Assembly (NCBI GenBank): GCA_033762115.1
Contig: JANRLX010000039.1
Span: 1-56,373 of the forward strand
DNA from: Verrucomicrobiota bacterium
GTDB lineage: Bacteria; Verrucomicrobiota; Verrucomicrobiia; Limisphaerales; SXQI01
Length of the DNA: 56,373 bases
Direction: 5' to 3'
In this document: positions 51,222 to 56,373 of the stretch, piece after piece
Position numbering within the stretch: the first letter of the stretch is position 1
Layout of the letters: each line of letters begins with the position of its first letter
Notes under the pieces: model-generated
Database searches by the model: none
Seen by the model: the letters and a program-made list of their open reading frames with translations, nothing else
What the model was told of the DNA's origin: nothing
Translations under genes and position numbers: made by a program

Positions 51222-51896
51222 TCACACAGTTCCCCAGCCCGGTGGTGGAAGTGCCACTTGCTCATCGGTTCGAGACTGGGCGACAGCTTCCATGCTCTTG
51301 GAGAGCCAAACGAACATCTCGATAAAATTGAGACCTATCAACTTGACCGGGGTCCTGACAGCGATTTGGGACAGCTTCTCCATGTTTACATTTTCAACAC
51401 CTACTGCGAAAAATGCCACGCGTTTGTTCTCCTCATCCAATTTGAGACGCTGGGAAGCGTTTTGCACCACGATCTCTGATTCTCCCTGCGGTTCACCGTC
51501 AGTAATCAAAAAAATCCAGGGGCGGTAATAAGCAATGCCGTTGCTGCGGTACTGCGTTTTACGGGCGTGGATCATGTCGAGCGCTTTATTGATCGCGGCA
51601 CCCATAAAAGTTTGCCCCTGCGAGGTCAACGTGGGTGGCTCAAAATGGTCCGCCGTTACAAAATCCTGGACCACTTTTACCTCACTATCGAAAGTGACCA
51701 GGGCCAGTTCCACTCGTCGGCTTGCCAATGGGTCCTTGATCAAATCGTTCTTGAAGGCCACCAATCCCTTGTTCAACGCTTCAATGGGTTCCCCCTTCAT
51801 TGAACCGGAGGTGTCCAGCAACAAGACGCAGGGACAACGAGGCTCCGGGTTTTCCGCAAATTCGACCGCCTCCTCAAGAATGATGTTTTGGGCCAT
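51222..51896 (-). CDS. VWA domain protein (TerY/YegL-like)
   Basis: ENPEPRCPCVLLLDTSGSM (MIDAS DxSxS), T.MG.A, YYRPWIFLITDGEP, F.WLS.S. Confidence 0.92.
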   Translation of the reverse strand: MAQNIILEEAVEFAENPEPRCPCVLLLDTSGSMKGEPIEALNKGLVAFKNDLIKDPLASRRVELALVTFDSEVKVVQDFVTADHFEPPTLTSQGQTFMGAAINKALDMIHARKTQYRSNGIAYYRPWIFLITDGEPQGESEIVVQNASQRLKLDEENKRVAFFAVGVENVNMEKLSQIAVRTPVKLIGLNFIEMFVWLSKSMEAVAQSRTDEQVALPPPGWGTV

Positions 51897-52027
51897 GTGG
51901 CTGTTTATATAATGGTTTCAGAAAAAGTGAAGCATGGAAGGTCTATTTTTCAAGGCCGTGATGTTCGTGATTAATCCGTGACAGGTTGATCTAATCCGAT
52001 ATTGTAAACTTTACCTTAAGCATCCCT

Positions 52028-53305
52028 ATGAATGGAAAGCATTATCTGGCTGTCTCCCTTTTTGCAAATGCCGTCCTCGCCTTTCTCGCATTCGGGCCCA
52101 AGGATTCTCCCGCCCCGACAAAGGATTTGGCGCAATCACAGGCTGTTATTGAGAAATCGCACCTCCCGTCTGAAACGGTCTCCTCCCCACAAACCAATTC
52201 CAACAGCACCAATACCATTTTACTGGTCAAAAAATTCAATTGGGAATCGGTCGAATCACCGGATTATAAACAGTACATTGCCAACCTGCGCTCCATCGGC
52301 TGTCCTGAGGAAACGATTCGTGACATCATTCTCGCGGACGTGAACAAGCTTTACGACAGCAAACGAAAACAGCTCCGTGGCACCCCTAAGAAATTCGAAT
52401 ACTGGAAAGCTGGAAACCCGTTTGGGATGAATTTGGGAAACCCGGAAACGTTGGAAAAGATTGCAGCACTGGAGCAGGAAAAAAACGATGTTTTGCGTGA
52501 GCTGGGGATAGAACCTGATTTTAAATCCACCATGGCAGGGATGATGAATCCTTTTGAGGAGATGTTTGATTTTCTTCCCGACGCCAAGAAAACCCAGATC
52601 ATCAAGGCAATGGGCGATATGCAGACAAAAATGGCTAAATCCGCCAGCGGCGGCCAGCCGGACATGGAGGAAATTGCCAATGCCCAAAAGGAAATGGAGA
52701 AACAACTCAAGGAAATGCTCACACCTGAGGAAGCTCTGGATTACGATTTGCGCCTATCCATGACTGCAATGATGATGCGCTCGCAAGTGGAGGGATGGAA
52801 TCCGGATGAACAGCAATTTTTGGAAGTTTTTAAACTCCGGAAGGAATTCGATGATGAGTATAATCCCATGACCCGGGGGAATGAAACCCCTGAGCAACGC
52901 ACCCAACGAGAAGCGGCAGAAAAGGAATTGAAAGAAGCAATCGCGGAGAAGCTTGGCCCTGAAAATTACGCGAAGTACGAAAGGGCTCAAAACTGGGAGT
53001 TCCAGCAAATCATGCAGGCGGTAAAGAAAGCGGAGATGGGAGTTGAGGAGGCAAATCGGGTTTTTGAAATGAAGCAGCTAGCGGAAAATGAAGCGAACCG
53101 GTTGAGGAGTAACCCGGAATTGACTGCTGAGCAGCAGGCCGAAGCTTTAAAAGCAATCCGCAAGGAGACGGAGGAATCACTTCAGAAGGTATTGGGTGAG
53201 AAGGGATGGCAAACATACAATCGAGGTTACAACACTCACTGGCTCAATAATATGGCTCCTTCGGAAAATCCTCCCAATCCTGTGGCGGCTGAGGCGGTAC
53301 CCTAG
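52028..53305 (+). CDS. Hypothetical membrane-anchored helical protein
   Basis: N-terminal anchor (LAVSLFANAVLA), Ser/Thr linker, WESVESPDYKQYIANLRSIGCPEETIRDII.ADV, then charged helical repeats. Confidence 0.8.
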   Translation: MNGKHYLAVSLFANAVLAFLAFGPKDSPAPTKDLAQSQAVIEKSHLPSETVSSPQTNSNSTNTILLVKKFNWESVESPDYKQYIANLRSIGCPEETIRDIILADVNKLYDSKRKQLRGTPKKFEYWKAGNPFGMNLGNPETLEKIAALEQEKNDVLRELGIEPDFKSTMAGMMNPFEEMFDFLPDAKKTQIIKAMGDMQTKMAKSASGGQPDMEEIANAQKEMEKQLKEMLTPEEALDYDLRLSMTAMMMRSQVEGWNPDEQQFLEVFKLRKEFDDEYNPMTRGNETPEQRTQREAAEKELKEAIAEKLGPENYAKYERAQNWEFQQIMQAVKKAEMGVEEANRVFEMKQLAENEANRLRSNPELTAEQQAEALKAIRKETEESLQKVLGEKGWQTYNRGYNTHWLNNMAPSENPPNPVAAEAVP

Positions 53306-53378
53306 GGCCTTACAGATTAATACGCATACGTGTTAATTTGCTTGAGCCCCTTTTCCTCTCCCGGCACAATCTCCTCCC

Positions 53379-54737
53379 ATGAACGCCCCTAACGTTGTGC
53401 CGGAACAGCCCATGTCCAAAACAGCGTGGTTGATCTGCATCATCGCTTCGATCGGTTTTGCCTTCGATATCTATGAATTGCTGATGTTGCCGCTGATTAT
53501 TCAGCCAACCATCGAGTCCCTGGGAGGCTTCAAGCCGGGTAGCGAGCAGTACATTGAATGGGCCCGAATGCTCTTTTTTCTTCCTGCCTTTGCTGGGGGG
53601 ATTTTTGGCCTGCTCGGCGGTTATTTGACTGACATTCTTGGACGGCGCCGAATGCTGACGTTCAGCATCCTGCTCTACGCGTTTTCCGCTCTGGCAGCGG
53701 GGTTTGCAACGTCGCTTCCTTCCTTCCTTTTTTTGCGAAGCCTCACATTCATTGGCGTATGCCTTGAATTCGTGGCAGCAGTCGCCTGGCTGGCGGAATT
53801 GTTCCCCAACCCGCGGCAACGCGAATCAGTGCTGGGTTACACACAGGCATTCTCTTCAGTCGGGGGTCTGCTCGTAACGGTCGCATTCGGCCTGGTTAAT
53901 AAATTTGCCAATGATCTTCCGGCCATACATGGTGCGCATGAAGCCTGGCGATACACCCTTATTTCCGGCGTTATTCCAGCGATCCCCTTAATTATCATTC
54001 GCCCCTTCCTTCCTGAATCACCGGTTTGGGCCCAGAAGAAGGCTGCGGGCACGCTTAAACGCCCCAGCTTTGCAGAGCTTTTTGCGCCTCACCTGAGCCG
54101 CACAACAATCGTGACGACAATTATTTTTGCCTGTGGCTACGGAGCTGCCTTTGGAGCAATCCAACAACTACCTCAAATCGTGCCAGGGTTGCCGGAAGTC
54201 AAGACCCTCGCCCGCCCTGCCCAGCAGGAAATCGTAAAGGATGTCCAACTCTGGCAGGAAGTAGGCGGACTTGTGGGAAGATTCGTCCTGGCCTTTTTGG
54301 CCGTGAGGATCGTCAGTCGCCGCGGATTGCTTCGGGTTTTCCAGATTCCCGGGCTGATCATCGTTCCTTTGGTCTTTATTTTCCCCGCGGTCAACAACCT
54401 GGAATTGCTCAAGTATGGTGTTTTTGTCGCAGGCCTGCTTACCGTGGCGCAGTTCAGTTTCTGGGGGAATTATCTCCCTCGCGTTTATCCAGTGCATCTC
54501 CGTGGAACAGGAGAAAGCTTCGCTGCCAATGTTGGGGGACGTATTTTCGGCACCTCCTTTGCGTGGATTACATTGACAATTGCCGGGTCAGGCTGGATCA
54601 AGAATCTGCTGCCCAATACGGGACCGAATATTAAATTTGCCTATACAGCAGCCGCTGTGGCCTTTTTTGTCTATGCTGTTGGGTTGATCGCCTCGCATTG
54701 GCTGCCAGAACCGAAGCCTGGAGAGGATCAGGATTGA
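53379..54737 (+). CDS. MFS transporter
   Basis: About 12 TM; motif A GYLTDILGRRR; AELFP, PESP, YP..LRGTG. Confidence 0.92.
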   Translation: MNAPNVVPEQPMSKTAWLICIIASIGFAFDIYELLMLPLIIQPTIESLGGFKPGSEQYIEWARMLFFLPAFAGGIFGLLGGYLTDILGRRRMLTFSILLYAFSALAAGFATSLPSFLFLRSLTFIGVCLEFVAAVAWLAELFPNPRQRESVLGYTQAFSSVGGLLVTVAFGLVNKFANDLPAIHGAHEAWRYTLISGVIPAIPLIIIRPFLPESPVWAQKKAAGTLKRPSFAELFAPHLSRTTIVTTIIFACGYGAAFGAIQQLPQIVPGLPEVKTLARPAQQEIVKDVQLWQEVGGLVGRFVLAFLAVRIVSRRGLLRVFQIPGLIIVPLVFIFPAVNNLELLKYGVFVAGLLTVAQFSFWGNYLPRVYPVHLRGTGESFAANVGGRIFGTSFAWITLTIAGSGWIKNLLPNTGPNIKFAYTAAAVAFFVYAVGLIASHWLPEPKPGEDQD

Positions 54738-54771
54738 ACATTGCATCCTCTTCAACGTCCACTATTGTAGC

Positions 54772-55404
54772 ATGATGAAACTGATTTCAGTTTTAGCGGT
54801 GTCGCTGCTGCTTAGTTTTGCCACTGTATCAGGCGCAGAAACCGCTGCTCCATCTTCAAAGGAAATCAAAACCATGACCACCATACCCGAAGGCGCAGAA
54901 GTAATCACCCTCGGCGCAGGTTGTTTTTGGTGTATCGAGGCAGTTTACCAGCAAATTCCGGGTGTCCTTTCGGTGACTTCGGGCTACATGGGCGGCAAAA
55001 CCAAAAATCCCACCTACGAGGCGGTCTGCAGCGGCACCACAGGTCATGCAGAAGTGGCGCAGGTGGTTTTCGACACGAAAAAGACTTCATTGGACAATAT
55101 TCTTGGGGTTTTCTGGGAATTGCATGATCCGACCACTCTGAATCGTCAGGGTGCCGATGTGGGAACCCAATACCGTTCTGCTATTTTCTACCACTCAGAG
55201 GAACAGAAAAAGATCGCGGAAAAATCCAAGGCAGCGGCTGGCAAAAAATTTGAAGATCCTATCGTTACGGAAATTACCAAGGCGTCTGAATTTTACAAAG
55301 CCGAGGATTACCACCAGAATTACTATCGTCTGAACAAAAACAAGAATGGGTATTGCCGGGCGGTGATTTCTCCAAAACTGCGCAAGCTCAAGCTTCAGGA
55401 GTGA
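54772..55404 (+). CDS. msrA: Peptide-methionine (S)-S-oxide reductase, with signal peptide
   Basis: GAGCFWC, SGYMGG, GHAE, HDPT..NRQG.D.GTQYRS, FYKAEDYHQNY, GYC. Confidence 0.96.
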   Translation: MMKLISVLAVSLLLSFATVSGAETAAPSSKEIKTMTTIPEGAEVITLGAGCFWCIEAVYQQIPGVLSVTSGYMGGKTKNPTYEAVCSGTTGHAEVAQVVFDTKKTSLDNILGVFWELHDPTTLNRQGADVGTQYRSAIFYHSEEQKKIAEKSKAAAGKKFEDPIVTEITKASEFYKAEDYHQNYYRLNKNKNGYCRAVISPKLRKLKLQE

Positions 55405-56373
55405 TGCACCCCCTTTCTGTCCCCGCTCAGGAAAACCTCACCGGGACAGTTCACCGGATCGTTGACGAGGCAAAGATCCAGGATATTCATACCCATCTTT
55501 ACGACCCTGCCTTTGGCGAATTGTTGCTTTGGGGAATTGATGACCTGCTTGTTTACCATTACCTCATTGCTGAAGCATTTCGTTATTTGGAAATTCCCTA
55601 TGAAACATTTTGGGCCTTCCCCAAAACTCAACAGGCAGAAATCATCTGGAAGGAGCTCTTTATTGAGCATAGCCCCATCTCTGAAGCATGCCGTGGAGTG
55701 ATCACCACCTTAAATCAGCTTGGGATTGATCCGCGAAAAAATGATCTTTCCACCCTGAGGAACTGGTTTTCGAATTGGAACGTCCGCGATTATATCACCC
55801 GTTGCATGGAGTTGGCCCGCGTGGAGTCCATCTGCATGACCAATTCTCCTTTTGACGATCTCGAACGTGCTATTTGGATAAAGGGCTTTGATCGTGACCC
55901 TCGATTTCACGCCGCTTTGCGAATTGATCCGCTGCTGGTTTCCTGGCCTGCGGCATCGCAACTGATTGCCAGCTGGGGTTACGAAACAACCTCAGCATTG
56001 ACTCAAAAAACATTCGATGAAGCGCGTCGCTTCCTTGCTGACTGGACGCAACGGATGAACGCCCGTTACGTCATGGTTTCCCTTTCCCCGGAGTTTCGGT
56101 TCCCAGCATCCGATGAGTGCGCGGTCTTAATCGAAAACGTGGTTCTTCCCCATTGTCGTGAATTCGGAATCCCCTTTGCTCTGATGCCCGGAGTAAAACG
56201 GGCGGTAAATCCTGCCTTGCGATTAGCGGGAGATGGAGTTGGTTGGAGTGATTTGCAACCTGTGCAGAACCTCTGCGCTGGATATCCGGAGAACAAGTTT
56301 CTTGTCACCACACTTGCGCGTGAAACCCAGCATGAGCTTTGCGTTCTCGCCCGGAAATTTCGCAACCTCCATA
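55404..56373 (+). CDS. uxaC: Uronate (glucuronate) isomerase, BH0493-type amidohydrolase fold (3'-partial; absent from the ORF track)
   Basis: Translated by hand from ATG 55404 (TGATG overlap with msrA): MHPLSVPAQ...DIHTHLYDPAFGELLLWGIDDLLVYHYLIAE...SPISEACRGV...MTNSPFD...ALRIDPLL; open to the window end. Confidence 0.85.
   Translation, partial: MHPLSVPAQENLTGTVHRIVDEAKIQDIHTHLYDPAFGELLLWGIDDLLVYHYLIAEAFRYLEIPYETFWAFPKTQQAEIIWKELFIEHSPISEACRGVITTLNQLGIDPRKNDLSTLRNWFSNWNVRDYITRCMELARVESICMTNSPFDDLERAIWIKGFDRDPRFHAALRIDPLLVSWPAASQLIASWGYETTSALTQKTFDEARRFLADWTQRMNARYVMVSLSPEFRFPASDECAVLIENVVLPHCREFGIPFALMPGVKRAVNPALRLAGDGVGWSDLQPVQNLCAGYPENKFLVTTLARETQHELCVLARKFRNLH

Overview
Gene-dense bacterial chromosomal segment of roughly 50% GC. 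It is most likely Verrucomicrobiota (Pedosphaera/Limisphaera-like); this is inferred from a DUF1549/DUF1553 planctomycete-type cytochrome, LpxI and lineage-typical hypothetical proteins. From left to right it holds: a partial sensor kinase and sigma-54 response regulator translationally coupled to hopanoid genes (hpnD, hpnK, small DMT transporter), facing an hpnG-like gene and shc; lpxI and an RND pump; a divergent DHPS-like gene; a DUF1549/1553 cytochrome; plsY-gpsA-lpxB; rnd; TPR, DUF3592 and REC proteins; a secreted vanadium haloperoxidase/PAP2-family enzyme; rmuC; a ferredoxin; GT2, SDR and AKR enzymes; an orphan UreF-like gene with an SSS transporter; a 10.3-kb six-gene operon (two circularly permuted ATP-grasp ligases, alpha-E domains, two transglutaminase-like proteins of which one is fused to DUF2126, and a Zn-ribbon metallopeptidase) preceded by a good sigma-54 promoter; a rhaEW-like gene and an EVE gene; a TerY-P (VWA-PP2C-kinase) triad; an MFS transporter, msrA and a partial uronate isomerase. 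I saw no rRNA, tRNA, CRISPR array or mobile element. The best candidates for under-described biology are the peptide-ligase/transglutaminase operon, the orphan UreF-like/SSS locus with an unexplained upstream terminator, the TerY-P triad beside EVE, and a putative verrucomicrobial C-terminal sorting domain. All family assignments come from motif recognition by eye, not database searches.
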